A stretch of 64,000 nt of DNA from the human T2T-CHM13v2.0 reference genome, Homo sapiens. Positions 1 through 13,620 of this stretch are shown piece by piece. How positions within the stretch are numbered: the first letter of the stretch is position 1; each line of letters begins with the position of its first letter. The notes below the pieces were generated by a model that worked only from the letters and a program-made list of their open reading frames with translations, was not told the DNA's origin and did no database searches. The stretch is taken from NCBI RefSeq assembly GCF_009914755.1, contig NC_060947.1. One strand, given 5' to 3'. The translations under genes were made by a program, and so were the position numbers.

Positions 1-620
1 AATCTCAAGAGCTTTGAGACAAAAGCATCAGATAACCTACAAAGGAAAACCTATCCGATTAACAGCACATTTCTCAGCAGAAACCTTACAAGACAGAAGA
101 GTTTAAGGTCTCATCTTTAGCCTCCTGAAACAAAATAATTGTCATCCAAAATTTTGTTTCTAGAAAAACTAAGTTTCATGAAGGGGAGATAGTCTTTTTC
201 AGACTAGCAAATGCCGAGATAATTTGCTAAAAGGAGTTCTAAATCTTGAAACAAAACCTCAAAATATACCAAAATAGAACCTCCTTAAAGAATAAATCTC
301 ACAGGGCCTATAAAACACAATGAAAAAAAAAATCAAGGTATTAAGACAACAATTAGCATGATGAAATAGAACAGTACCCCACATGTCAATATTAATATTG
401 AATGTAAATGGCCTAAATGTTCCACTTAAAAGATACAGAATGGCAGAATGGATAAAAATCCACCAACCAGGTATTGGTGGTCTTCAAGAGACTCACCTAA
501 CACATAAGTACACACAAACTCAAAGTAAAGGGGTAGAAAAAGATATTCCATACAAACGAAAACCAAAAGTGAGCAGAGTAGCTATTCTTGTATCAGAGAG
601 AACAGGCTTTAAAGCAACAG

Positions 621-622
<2 letters not shown>

Positions 623-662
<40 letters not shown>
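623..662 (+). repeat. (AC)n microsatellite, ~20 units, inside L1 ORF2
   Basis: Seen directly in the sequence. Confidence 0.98.
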
Positions 663-663
<1 letters not shown>

Positions 664-1053
664 AAAGAGGGACATTATATAATGATAAAAAGATTAGTCC
701 AACAAGAAAATATCACAGTCCTAAATATATATGCATGTCACACTGGAGCTCCCAAATTTATAAAACAATTGCTACTAGACCTAAGAAATGAGATAGACAG
801 CAACACAATAATATCCGGGGACTTCAATACTTCACTGACAGCACTAGACAGGTCATCAAGACAGAAAGTCAACAAAAACAATGGACTTAAACTATTCCAT
901 AGAACAAATGGACTTAACAGATATTTACAGAACATTCTCTCCAACAACTGCAGAATATACATTCTTTTTTCCAGCACATGGAATATTCTCTAAGATAAAC
1001 TATATGATAGGTCACAAAAGAAGTCTCAATAAATTTAAGAAAACCAAAACTAT

Positions 1054-1375
<322 letters not shown>

Positions 1376-1881
1376 TCAAGTATCCTCTCAGACTACATTG
1401 GAATAAAACTGGAAATTAACTCCAAAAGAAACCCTAAACTATACAAATACATGGAAATTAAATAATCTGCTCTTGAATGATCTTTGGATTAACAATGAAG
1501 TTAAGACAGAAATTATTTTTTGAGCTGAATAATACTGGCACAACCTATCAAAACCTCTGTGATACAGCAAAAGTAGTGCTGAGAGGAAAGTTCATAGCAT
1601 TAAATGCCCACATCAAAAAAGTCTGAAAAAGGATAAACAATCTAAGGTCACACCTCAGGGAACTGGAGAAAAATGAACAATTCAAACCCAAAACCAGCAG
1701 AAGAAAAGAAATAACAAAGATCACAGTGGAACTATTAAAATTAAACCAAAATAAAAAATACAAAAGATAAATGAAACAAAAACCTGGGTCTTTGAAAAGA
1801 AAAACAAAATTGATAGACCATTAATGAGTTGAACCAAGAAAAGAAAGAAGATCCAAATAAGCTCAATTAGAAATGAAATGG

Positions 1882-2190
1882 GGCCAGGCGTGGTGGCTCA
1901 CACCTGTAATCCTAGCACTTTGGGAGGCCAGGTTGGCAGATCATGGAGGTCAGGAGATTGAGACCATTCTGGCTTACACTGTGAAACCCAGTCTCTACTA
2001 AAGAAACAAAAAGTTAGCCGGGCGTGATGGCACACACCTGTAGCCCCAGCTACTCGGGAGGCTGAGGCAGGAGAATCACTTGAACTCAGGAGGTGGAGGT
2101 TTCAGTGAGCCAAGATTGCACCATTGCACTCCAGCCTGGGCTACAGAATGAGACTCCATCTCCAAAAGAAAAAAAAAGAAAAAGAAAAAG
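1882..2190 (+). mobile_element. AluSc-like inserted in L1PB
   Basis: Full dimeric Alu with an A/G-rich tail; L1 sequence resumes afterwards (ggagctattagaacc); degenerate TSD gaaatgg/gaaattgg. Confidence 0.92.
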
Positions 2191-5146
2191 AAATTGGAGC
2201 TATTAGAACCAATACTACAGAAATACGGAAGATCATTCAAGGCTACTGTGAACACCTTCACACACACACAAACTAGAAAACCTAGAGGAGATGAATTCCT
2301 GAGAATATACAGCCCTCCTAGATTAAGCCAGGAAAAAAAATAGAAACTGAATAGACCAATAACAAGTAGCAGGATTGAAACAGTAAGAAATTGCCAAACA
2401 AAAAGCCCAGGACTAGATGGATTCACAGCTGAATTCTATCAGACATTCAAAGAAGAATTGATACCAATTTTACTGAAATTAATCCAAAAGAAAAAGGGAA
2501 TCCTCTATAAATCATTCTATGAAGCCGGAATCATCCTAATCTCCCAATCAGGAAAGGATATAACAAACAAACAGAAACTACAGACCAATATCCCTGAAGA
2601 ATAGGTACAAAAATCCACAAGATACTAGCTAAATGAATCCAATAGCATATTAAAAAAGATAATATACCATGATCAAGTGGGTTTCATACCAGGGATGCAG
2701 GGATGGTTTAAGATAAGCAAGTCAATAAATGTGATACAGCACATAAACAGAATTTAAAAGAAAAATATGATCATTTCAATAGATGCTGAAAAGTTTGACA
2801 AAATTGAGCATCCCTTTATGATTAAAAACCCCAGCAAACTTGGCACAGAAGGGACATACCTCAAAGGTAATAAAAACCATCTATGAGAAACCCACAGCCA
2901 ACATTATAGTGAATGGGGAAAAGTTGAAAGTATTCCCCCCCGAGAATTGGAACAAGACAAGGATGCCCACTTTTACCATTTCTATTCAACATGGTCCTGG
3001 AAGTCCTAGCCAGAGCAATCAAACAAAAGAAATAAAGGGCATCCAAATCAGTAAAGAGGAAATCAAACTGTTGTTTGCTGATGATATGATTGTATACCTA
3101 GAAAACCCTAGAGACTCATCTAAAAAGCTCCTAGGTGTGATAACTGAATTCAGTAATTTCAGCATACAAAATTATTGTACACAAATCAGTAGCACTGCTA
3201 TAGACCAACAATGACCAAGCTCAGAATGAAATCAATAACTCAATTCCTTTTACAACAGCTGCAAAAAAATAGGAACATACCTAAGCAGGTGAAAGGCTTC
3301 TACAAGGAAAACTAAAAGACACTGCTGAAAGAAATCATTAATGACACAAATTAACACACATCCCATGCTCATGGATGGGTAGAATCAATATTGCAAAAAC
3401 GACCAATACTTCCAAAAGCAATCCACAGATTAATGCAATTCCTGTCAAAGCAGCATCATTCCTCACAGAACTAGAAAAAAAAAATCCTAAAATACATATA
3501 GAACCAAAAAAGAGCCCACATAGCCAAAGCAAGATTAAGCAAAAAGAACAAATCTGGAGGCATCACATTACCTGACTTTGAACTGTGCTACAAAGGCTAT
3601 AGTTATCAAAACAGCATGGTGTTGGTATAAAAATAGGCACATAGACCAACAGAACAGAATAGAGAATCCAGAAATAAAGCCAAATACTTACAGTCAACTG
3701 ACCTTCAACAAAGCAAACAAAAACAAAGTGGAGAAAGGACAACCTTTTCAAGAAATGGTGCTGGAATAATTGGCAAGCCATGTGTAGAAGAATGAAACTG
3801 GATCCTCATCTCTCACCCTATACAAAAATTAACTCAAGATGGATCAAAGACTTAAATCTAAGACCTGAAACCATAAAAATTCTAGAACATTGGAAAAACC
3901 CTCCCTTCTAGACATTGGCAAAGACTTCGTCACCAAGAACCCAACAGCAAATCCATCAATAACAAAGATAAATAGACAGAACCTAATTGAACTAAAAGCT
4001 TATGCACAGCAAAATAAGTTATCAGCAGAGTTAAACCAACAACTTACAGAATGGGAGAAAATATTCTCAAACTAAGTATCCAACAAAGAATATCCAGAAT
4101 CTACAAGGAACTCAAATCAGCAAGAGAAAAAAATAATCACATCAAAAAGTGGACAAAGGACATTAGTAGACAATTCTCAAGAGATATACAAATGGCCAAA
4201 CGTGAAAAATGCTCAAGATCTCTAGTTATCAGGAAAAATGCAAACTAAAAGCAAAATGAGATGCCACCTTACCCCTGCAAGAATGGCCATAATTAAGCAA
4301 TCAAAAAATCATAGATGTTGGCATGGATGTGTTGAAAAGGGAGTACTTTTACAATGCTACTGGGAATGTAAACTAGTACAAACACTATGGAAAACAGTAT
4401 AGAGATTCCTTAAAGAACAAAAAGTAGATCTACCGTTTGATCCAGCAATCCCACTACTAGCTATCTACCCAGAGTAAAGGAGTCATTATATGAAAAAGAC
4501 ACTTGCAGACACATGTTTACAATAGCATAATTCACAACTGCAAATATGTGAAACCAGCCTAAATGCCCATGAACCAACGAATGGAAAAAGAAAATGTGTG
4601 TATACACAGTGGAATACTACTCAGCCGTATAAAGAAACAAAATAATGGCACTGGCAGCAACCTGGATGGAGCTGGAGACCATTCTAAGTGAAGTAACTCA
4701 GGAATGGAAAATCAAGTATCATATGTTCTCACTTTTAAGTGGGATCTAAGCTATGAGGATGCAAAGGCACAAGAATGATATTATGAACTTTGGGGACTCG
4801 TGGGGAAGGGTAGGATGGGGGTGATGGATAAAAGACTATACTTAAGTACAGTGTACACTGCTTAGGTGATGCATGCGTCAAAATCTCAAAAATTACCACT
4901 CAAGAACTTATCCATGTAACAAAAAAACCCCACCTGTTCCCCAAAAACTACTGAAATAAAAGAATTAAAAATATGCTTAAAAATGAATACTGAACCAGCC
5001 ATTCATTCTTGAAATGGGACTGTGAAATATAAGTTGTGCTAAGCTTAGTAAATGTACGATTAGCACTATAGTTAATTTTCATCTAATAAATTGTATTCAG
5101 GTTTTACTTGTTACCCATTACATACTTAAACAATGTCCTTTCTGTC

Positions 5147-5439
5147 AGAGATGCAACATTGCTGGCTTTGAAGATGGAGGAAGGGACCACAGGCTGAAGA
5201 ATGAGAGGGTATTTTTAGAAGCTGCCAAAGACAAGGAAACAACTATTCTTTGATCTACCAGAGAACTCAGATACTAGATCCTTTTTAAAAAAAAAAAAGT
5301 GTAGCACGGTAGATACCTTAAATTTAGCCCAGTAAGACCCATTTTATATTTCTACCCTACAGAACTGTAGTATAAATTGTGTTGTTTAAGCCACAGTGTT
5401 TGTAATAATTTGTTACAGCAGCAATAGGAAACTAATACA
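5147..5439 (+). mobile_element. MLT1D-like ERVL-MaLR LTR, 3' part
   Basis: gctggctttgaagatggaggaaggg and the MaLR 3' end tttgttacagcagcaataggaaactaataca. Confidence 0.85.
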
Positions 5440-6140
5440 GTCAGCAAAGAAATCTATCACTTTTTAACACTCTCCCTCTTCCAAACCCTTTCCCTTCCTA
5501 GATGCTTCATAACTTCATTTAAATGCTGGTAACTCGGAGACAGATAAGGGAATGGCAAATGGCAAAGCTCCTGCTTTAATGGATTTCCTCTGTGAAGATG
5601 CAAGGACTAGGAAAACGTATTTTTAATCTTTTGCTCACTTAAAATTAACTAGAAAAAATATTGAGACAGATGGTCTCCCTCATGCTGCCTTAGCATTTTG
5701 GCATGTTCCATTTAATATGTCCCTTATGTTCCCAATTCAGAGCAAAAAATCCCATTACTGTAAGGGCATTGTAGTGTTTTTACACCCTCACTTTTGTACG
5801 TTTTAACAGAAGAGATGAGAATACATAGTGGATAGTTACAGGTGAAAAACAGAGCTGAAAGTAATGTACTCTGAACAAATACAATGAACACTTCACATTT
5901 AGGCCATGAACCATTGCTGAGGAGACAGTATGGAGGAAGGGATAGCAAGGAATGTATTTTAGTCCTCGTGTTTGCTCATACTTATTCCTCCAAAGCTTAT
6001 ACTGCAAAATGTAACAAATATGTGAATTCTTCAGCATGGTTAATATTCCTAGAAAATGTCAAATAACCAACTGTCATTATTGCAGTTACCTTTTCCAATG
6101 TCTGTCTTCACGATAACCTGATTCAGAAGCAAGATTGGCA

Positions 6141-6408
6141 TGATGATATAAATATCTGTCTCCCAAATTTCTTGTGTTGAAATTCTAACCTCAAAATGAT
6201 GTTATTAGGAGATGTGACCTCTGGAAGGTGATTAGATCCTGAGACTAGAGCCCTCATGAATGGGATTAATGCCCTTATGAAAAGGGCATTAAGAAACCCT
6301 CAGAGAGCTCCCTTGTCCCTTTGACCATGTGAACACACAGGGAAAAGACACCATATAGAACCAGAGAGCAGGCCCCTACCAGACACCAAATCTCCCAGTG
6401 CCTTGACT
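6141..6408 (+). mobile_element. MLT1A/MLT1A0-like MaLR LTR, 5' part
   Basis: tgttgaaattctaacc...gtgattag...agccctcatgaatgggatta...ccagacaccaaatct. Confidence 0.85.
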
Positions 6409-7029
6409 AATATGTATCGATTATTCAGAGTCCTTAATAACAAAATGTTTTCTCAAGAGAAAGTCAACAAGTGGGTCCTCAGCCAGTTTGTAATCTTTCT
6501 CAATAGAAAACATTTTTTCAAACATCTTCAAATAGTCTTAGAGGTTTAATGATGTCATTTAGTAAAATTTCACATTCCTCAGTGGTTTTTATCAAACAGT
6601 TCTTTAACGTTTCCATAGAGTCAAATTTATGTATTTTAATTTAGAAAAGTGAATAAAAATTTGACATCTGTTTCAACACTGACATTTCACTTGCAGTTAT
6701 AAATGTAATAATTCTTCAACCTTGTATTGCTAAATTGAGGTTCTGCTCATTAAAAGTTTCACAAAAATATATAAGCTAAAGCAACCATTTTGTGTTTTAG
6801 AAAGATTCATCTAATGGAGTTATTTGCCAAAATGGTAGGGGTATTTCTTGCCCTAATATGAACTATTTATAACTTTGACTTAGTATAGCTAATGAGCTGC
6901 AGTATGAAAAATAAATTCTCGAACTCACTGCCCACATCATGAGAAATAGCTGTCAAATATCAAATTAGAGTCAATGTCTTAAAATGAAAAATTATATGCC
7001 ATAATTTCACAAAATTTTGAAAGATGCTT

Positions 7030-7420
7030 ATAGGTTATTTGATGGGAGAAACACTTGTGAGGGCAAAGAGGGAGGATTCGCAAGAGGTAGGGAAAGCCTC
7101 AGACCATCATCTATGTCTGATCCCTCTGAAGGAGGTTTGGGTATCAGGAGTCTCAGATTGCAGCACAGTGCTAGAAAAGTTCTGAACAGGCTAATGGGGA
7201 GTCTATGAGCTAAAGCTTCCCATCAGAGGAATCCTGACTATTCTACGAATGGTCTTATATTGAGTATCCTGGCCGTGCTTAGTCATTGAGAGAAGCCCAT
7301 GGGAAGCATGGCCTTGTCATGAATTTAGTGACAGATTTCTGACCACAGCAGTTGAAGCTGTCAGTCAATTCTCTCTGCAGCAGGAGATCTGCTGCACACA
7401 TTTCATTTTCATGCCTGACA
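7030..7420 (-). mobile_element. LTR16C-like ERVL LTR
   Basis: Ends in gtcagtcaa...gcagcaggagatctg, the reverse complement of the LTR16C 5' start; internal gtgcttagtcattg...gggaagcatggcct. Confidence 0.75.
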
Positions 7421-8870
7421 AAGTGGTGGCATATAAGGACAGAGGCATAATAGGGCCAGATCACATAGGTTCATGTAGGCCATTTGAAGGACTTTGGCTT
7501 TTATTCTCACTGAGATGGGACCATTGAAAAGTTGCAAATAGGGGAGTTATGTGATTTAAATTACATACAAACGGGAATATTCTAATTCTTGTGTTGTGAA
7601 TGGATAAAAGAGATGAAGGGGAAAAGCTGGGAGATGAGTCAAAAGCTATTTTATTAATTCAAGTAAGAGATGGCAATGGCTTGGTGTCTTAGTCTGTTTA
7701 ATGCTGTTGTAACAGAATACCACAGACTAGGTAATTTATAAAGGAAAGAAATTTGGCTTACAGTTCTGGAGGCTAGGAAGTCCAAGATTGAGGGGCTGAC
7801 ATCTGATGAGCGTCTACTTGCCACATCCTCACATGGTAAAAGGCATCTCATGGGCAAGAGAGTGAAGGGGAGCAAAAGGGGACCAAACTTACTTTTATAA
7901 CAAACCCACTCTGACAATAACCAATACACTCCTGAGATAATGACATTAACCCATTCATTAAGGCAAAACTTTCATGACTTAACTCTTAAATGTCCCACCT
8001 CTCAATATTTTTGCATTGGGGATTAGGTTTCCAACACAAACATTGGGAGACACATTCAAACCATGTCACTTGGACTACAACTTTAGCAAAAGAGGTGATA
8101 AGAAGTGGGTGGTGTTTAGATAGATAAAGTAGAGTCAACAGAATTTGCAAATAGATTGAATGTGAAGTGTGAGCAAGAGGAGTCAAAAATCATTCAAAGG
8201 GTTTTGGCCTGAGCAATTGGAAAAAATGGAGCTTACATTAACAGACATGCAAAGACTTTGGGGATAGCAGGTTTCAGAGGGATTATTAGGTTTTCTGTTT
8301 GGACAGGTTCTGTTTGGAGGTGTCCAAATAAAGATGCCAAACTGGATGTATGAATCAGAGGACAGGTCCAGGTTAGAGATAGAAATTTGGAAGTTCTGAC
8401 TATGTAGATGTTAATTAATGTTGTGAAACTAGATAGAATCACCGAGGCAATTTAGATAGATAAGAGGACCAAGAACTGAACCTGGAGCACCCAGCATTAA
8501 GAGGCCAGGAAGATAAAAGATCAGCAAAGGAGGCTGAGAAGAAGCAATCAGTGAAGCAAGAAAACATGTGGTGAAGAAGCCAAGACAAAAAAAAAAAAAA
8601 AAAGTTTTGAATGTGCCCAATCATGTCAGACACTGCTGCTATATCAAACAACAAGAGGCCTGAAAATTTTACCTTAAATTTATAACACCGATGATGCTGA
8701 TAAGAGAAATTTCAATGAAGGCAAAAGTTTAAGTGTACTAAATTCAAAAGAAAATGTGAGGAGAGAAATTGGAGAGAGCATAGAAAACTTTTTCAAAAAG
8801 TTTCTTTAAATGGGAGCAAACGAACATACTGGTAGCCGAAGGGTGACGTGGAGTCTGAGAAACGGAGTCT
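7421..8870 (-). mobile_element. LINE-2 (L2a-like) fragment split by an MST LTR
   Basis: gggccagatcac...gtaggccat...gactttggcttttattct; ttttggcctgagcaattgg; gaggaccaagaactgaacctgg. Confidence 0.85.
7685..8068 (-). mobile_element. MSTC-like MaLR solo LTR
   Basis: TG...CA termini, MST internal motifs (acagttctggaggct...gaagtccaagat), perfect 5-bp TSD cttgg at 7680-7684 and 8069-8073. Confidence 0.92.
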
Positions 8871-8942
8871 TTTTCCATCTACTTTGAGGTAGCTTTCTTT
8901 GAGTAATGCTTTATACCAGGGGACAGGAAACTTTTCCTGTAA

Positions 8943-11900
8943 CAGAACATGCATAGAAAATAGCTGACTAGAGATGTCAGACACCAGTTCTCAGAAATAA
9001 GAGCCAGATTTGCAGGTGAATAATCATAACTCAAATGGAATCAAGTGGAGAGTGCTTGAGTCTAGTGGAAAACTCTTGGGAAGTAGTTAGGGCACAGAAA
9101 AAGAAGGAAACAAGAGCTGGCAGAACTTAGAGAGGGACATGGTATTACCTCACAAAAGGGTAGATAGGAATGTTTTTGCCTCCCCCTGCACCTGCAGAAG
9201 ACTGCTGTTACCTGAACTGTGAGACAGCTTCTCTGATCTTGTGAACCCAAATGCTCATATGTGCATTTGGGGACTTCTTGAGGCTAATACACCAAACTAC
9301 CAGCTTGTGCTAGGTTACTTGCCCTTACCTCAATCCCAAGTGGCAGTAGCGGGTGCCCTACTAGAAGTGTACCCACTAGGGAACTGTGTCCTGCCCAGGG
9401 AACTTTGCCCTTGTGTCTCCACGTCATTGGAGCCCCTGCAGATATCTCTTGGCACCTGCTCAGATTGCAGCAGTCACAGGGCTGGCTGGACCCAGTGGAC
9501 CTTCAGGGTTCCTAGTGGACTAGCCCTCAAAGAGTGCTGCTCCTAGGGGATGAGAGAATACAGCACCCCAGAAGAGCTGCACTTAGTCCTTTGTCCCTTG
9601 GGACAAAAGAAAACAGAGTACATGATTTCCTGTATACAAGAGCTCCCCAAATGTGGGCTGAGAGTGACTACATTGCCTCCAGTGTAGATAATGGCAGTGT
9701 GTTTGGCTTTGCAAGGGAATAGTGTGACTCTACGCCAGGGGCCAGGTGGCCTTGGTGCTTGCGCATGACTGGAGAGTGGGATTTCTCCTCCATGCCTACC
9801 CACTGCTGTGGGCACAGCCATAGCAGTACCCATGGGAGTTTGGCACAGGCATACTGAAGGATGGCCATTCTAGGGATGTTATGGGCAGCTGCTTCCCCAG
9901 TGGCAGTGGGCCAATGAGGCCTAGGTTTACACAAAAGGCGGGCTCCTCCCACTCTCTGCACAGAGCAGCATTGTACCTGAGGTAGAGAGTAGAAGAGCTA
10001 TGTGTTTTGGACTGAGGGAGGAGATTCTGTGCAGAAGACATTTCAGAAGTAAGCCATGGGACAGGTGTTTTTCATGGCACTCAGCTACATTGCAGCCTGG
10101 AGATAGACAGCAGTGTTTCTATCTATAGAAAGACAGCAGTGTTCTATCTTTCCAGGATAGAAAGATGACATTCCTCCCTGCTCAGGCCATGGAGCTGGGG
10201 CAACCCCTTCCCCCGCCCCCCCACACACAGATACCTTGGGGCATTTCATCAGGAGCTGCCCCTAACCAACTCCTCCAGTCAGGACTGGTACTTATCCCTG
10301 CCACTGAAGTATCCAAAGGTGGGATTGGTAGTTCAGTTCCAGCCAGCTTTGTCCCATCACCGGCTGATCAGGGAGCTCAGGCCACTGTGCATTCCACAGA
10401 CAACCCCATTGCCTGAGGCATCAGAGAGCTTCTCCTAGTAAACAAAGATCAAATATATACCTATCTGTATCAGCCCTAGCCAACTCTTACTAACAAGCAT
10501 CACCTAATGACTTGGAGGTTGAACTGCACAACCTAATACAAAATCTGCTGACAAAAGTGCACAGCACTGGGGAACAAGAAAAGATTCCTGAGAACTCTGC
10601 CATCCCAGCCCCATAGGGGACAGTGAGCCTGCTAATATGCCCAGTACATTGCTACTACAAACAACAGTAGAAAAAGTCACTACATAAAGGCTATCTATAA
10701 CCAAGGAACTCACACAGTGTCTTTGCCACTTAAAGCACCCAGAAGCAAAGCCAAACAAACCCACACAACATACATTATAGTCACATCCTCAAGTCGGAAA
10801 AATCCTATCTAAATATGAAAGTAAATTCAAAAGTAAAAAGATACAGTTTATCCAAGTAAGAAACCAGAGAAACAACTCTGAAGTATGAAAAAACGGTATT
10901 AAAATATCCCCAAAGGATCACATTAACTCTCTAGCAATGGATACAAACCAAAATGAAATCTTTGAACTACCAGAAAGAATTTAAAATGCTGACTTTAAAG
11001 AAGCTCAATGAAATCAAAGTTGAAAACCAACACAAATTAGAAAAAGAATTCAGGATATGAATGAAAAAGATACTAAAGAGATATCAAAAAAACTTCTGGA
11101 AATGAAAAATTCAGTAAAGTAATGACAAAATACAGTTGAAAGCTTTAATGATGTACTAAATCAAGCAGAAGGAAGGATCTCAGAGCTTGAACAGATCTTT
11201 CAAATGAATCCAATCAGTCTAAAATGTAAGATTTTTTTAAATGTACAAAGGTTTCTAGAGGTATGGGATTACATAAAATGTCTGAAAATATGAGTCATAG
11301 GTATTCCAGAGGTAGAAGTAGTAGTAAAATGTTTGGAAAATCTACTTAAGGAAATAATTAAGGAAACTTTTCTAGTCTTGCTGGAGATTTAGACATCTAG
11401 ATACAAGAGGCTTAAAACTTCAACAGGATATGTTGCACGACAAACTTCACCAAAACATACACAGTCTTTGAGTATCTAAAGTCAACGTGAAGGAAAAAAT
11501 CCTAAAATTAGCAAGAGAAAAGCATCAAATCAACTATAGGAGGAATCCCAGCAGACTAACAGTGGACTGCTCACCAGAAACCTTGCAAGAGATTTGGGTT
11601 CTATTTTTAGACTTCTTGAAGAAAAAAAAAAACTGCCAAGAACAAATTTTGTATCCCGCTAAACTAAGCTTCATAAATGAAGGAGAAATAAAGTCTTTCC
11701 CAGATAAGCAAATGCTAAGGGAATTTTTCACTAGACTGCCCCTACAAGAGATGATCAAGAAAGTTCTAAGCATAAACACCATGCAATATTTATGAAATTA
11801 TGAACATCCTTTTTAAAAGAATTAGAAAAAAACAATTTTGATGTTTATGTGCAACCAAAAAACTTGAAAGCCAAAGCAAATCTGGAGGCATCACATTACC

Positions 11901-13286
11901 TGATTTCAAATTATACTATAAGGATATAGTAAACAAAAAAGCATAGTACTGGTATAAAAATAGACACATAGATAAATGGAACAGAGTAGAGAACCCAGAA
12001 ATAAAGCCACCTATCCACAATGAACTGATCTTTGAAAAAGTGGACAAAGCCAAACATTTGAGAGAGGACATCCTATTTGAAAAATGATGCTGAAAACATT
12101 GAGTAGCCATATGCAAAGAATGAAACTAGATCCATATTTCTCATCATATGTATAAATGAACTCAAGATAGATTAAAGAATTAAATATAAGATGTAAAATT
12201 ATAAAAACCCTAAAATAAAACATAGGAAAAAATATTCTGGACATTGGCCTAGGCAAAGAATTTATGAGTAAGTCTTCAAGACCACAAACAACAAGAAAAA
12301 AATTAGACAAATGGGAATGAAACTAAAATGCTGCTGCACAGCAAAGGAAACTATCAACAGCATCACCAAAGAACATACGGAGTGGGAAAAAGTATTTGCC
12401 AACTATTAATATGTATCTGACAAAGGACTAATATTCAGAACCTATAAGGAATTCTAACAACTCAACAAGAAAATGACAACCTCATCAGGAAGTGGGCAAA
12501 AGACATAAACAGACATTTTTCAAAAGAAGATACACAATTGGCCAAACAAAAAATGCTCATCATTAATCAGAAATGCAAATTAAAACCACAATGAGAAACT
12601 ATCTTACATAAGTCAGAATGGCTATTAAAAAGTCAAAAATCAACAGGTGTTGGCAAGGATAAAGAGAAAAGGGAATGCTTATACAGTGTTGGTGGGAATG
12701 TAAATTAGTACAACCTCTATGGAAAATAGTATGGAGATTTCTCAGAGAACTAAAAATAGCACCACCATTCAATACAGCAATCCCACTACTATCTACCAGA
12801 AGGAAAAAAATAATTATATAAAAAAAGATGCCTGCACTCATATGCCCATCGCTGTACTGTTCACAACAGCAAAGTCATGTAATCAACTTAAATGGCCATT
12901 AACAGAGGACTGAATAAAGAATGTGATTGATATATATATACACCTTAGAATAATAGTCATAAAACAGAATGAAGTCATTTTTTGCAGCAACATGGATGGA
13001 AGCAGAGGTCATTATCTTAAGTGAAATAACTCAAAGTCAGATGCTGCATGTTCTCACCTATAACTGGGAGTTAAATAATGTATACACATGGATATAAAGA
13101 GTTGAATAGACATTGGAGAGTCTAAGAGGTGGAAGGGTGGAAGGGGGTAAGGGATGAGAAGTTACCTTTTGAGTATAATGTATACTATTTGGGTTATGTT
13201 ACATGAAAAGCCCAGACTTCACCACTATGCAATATATCCATGTAACAGAACTGCACTTGTATACCCTGTATCTATAAAAATAAAAA
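8943..13286 (+). mobile_element. L1PB4-like element with 5'UTR, ORF1 and 3' end, but EN/RT region deleted
   Basis: ~1.9 kb GC-richer 5'UTR, then ORF1 remnant, a jump at ~11781 to the 3' third of ORF2, and an L1PB4 3'UTR (aaagcccagacttcaccactatgcaatatatccatgtaac); TSD aggaaacttttcctgtaa (8925-8942) and aggaaaactttttctgtaa (13287-13305). Confidence 0.9.
10850..11780 (+). pseudogene. Disrupted L1 ORF1p remnant
   Basis: ORF 11487-11795 translates as KEKILKLAREK...ILYPAKLSFINEGEIKSFPDKQMLREF, the ORF1p C-terminal region; upstream part is frameshifted. Confidence 0.88.
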
Positions 13287-13524
13287 AGGAAAACTTTTTC
13301 TGTAAAGAGCCAGATAAACTTTCGAGCCATATAGTCTCTGCCACAACTACTCAGCTCTGCCATTTCAGTGCAATAGCAGCCAAAGACAATATAGGAACAA
13401 AGAAGCATGGCTCTGTGCCAATAAAATTTTATTTATGAAAATAGGTGTGGGCCAGATTTGGTCATTGGATATAGTTTGGCAACACTTGCTTTACACAATC
13501 TAGTTCCAGTAACTATTTATAATA

Positions 13525-13620
13525 GCAATTTAGAAATATGTATTAAGTGCCTACAACATGGCAGGCACATTTCTAATCCTCATGAATATAGTGGTGAATG
13601 AGAAAAGGCATTGGCTCTTT
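13525..13620 (-). mobile_element. L2 3' terminal fragment
   Basis: aaatatgtattaagtgcctac...ggcac...atagtggtgaa. Confidence 0.65.

Larger units (their letters stand above)
8917..13488 (-). mobile_element. MER58A (hAT-Charlie) split by the L1PB4 insertion; pieces at 8917-8942 and 13287-13488
   Basis: TIR-like ends cagggga.../...gcaacacttg; 8-bp TSD ctttatac (8909-8916) and ctttacac (13489-13496). Confidence 0.88.

Noticed and set aside
9062-10416. Cluster of overlapping ORFs in GC-richer DNA
   Set aside because: It lies inside the TSD-bounded L1 5'UTR; higher GC content explains the longer open frames.
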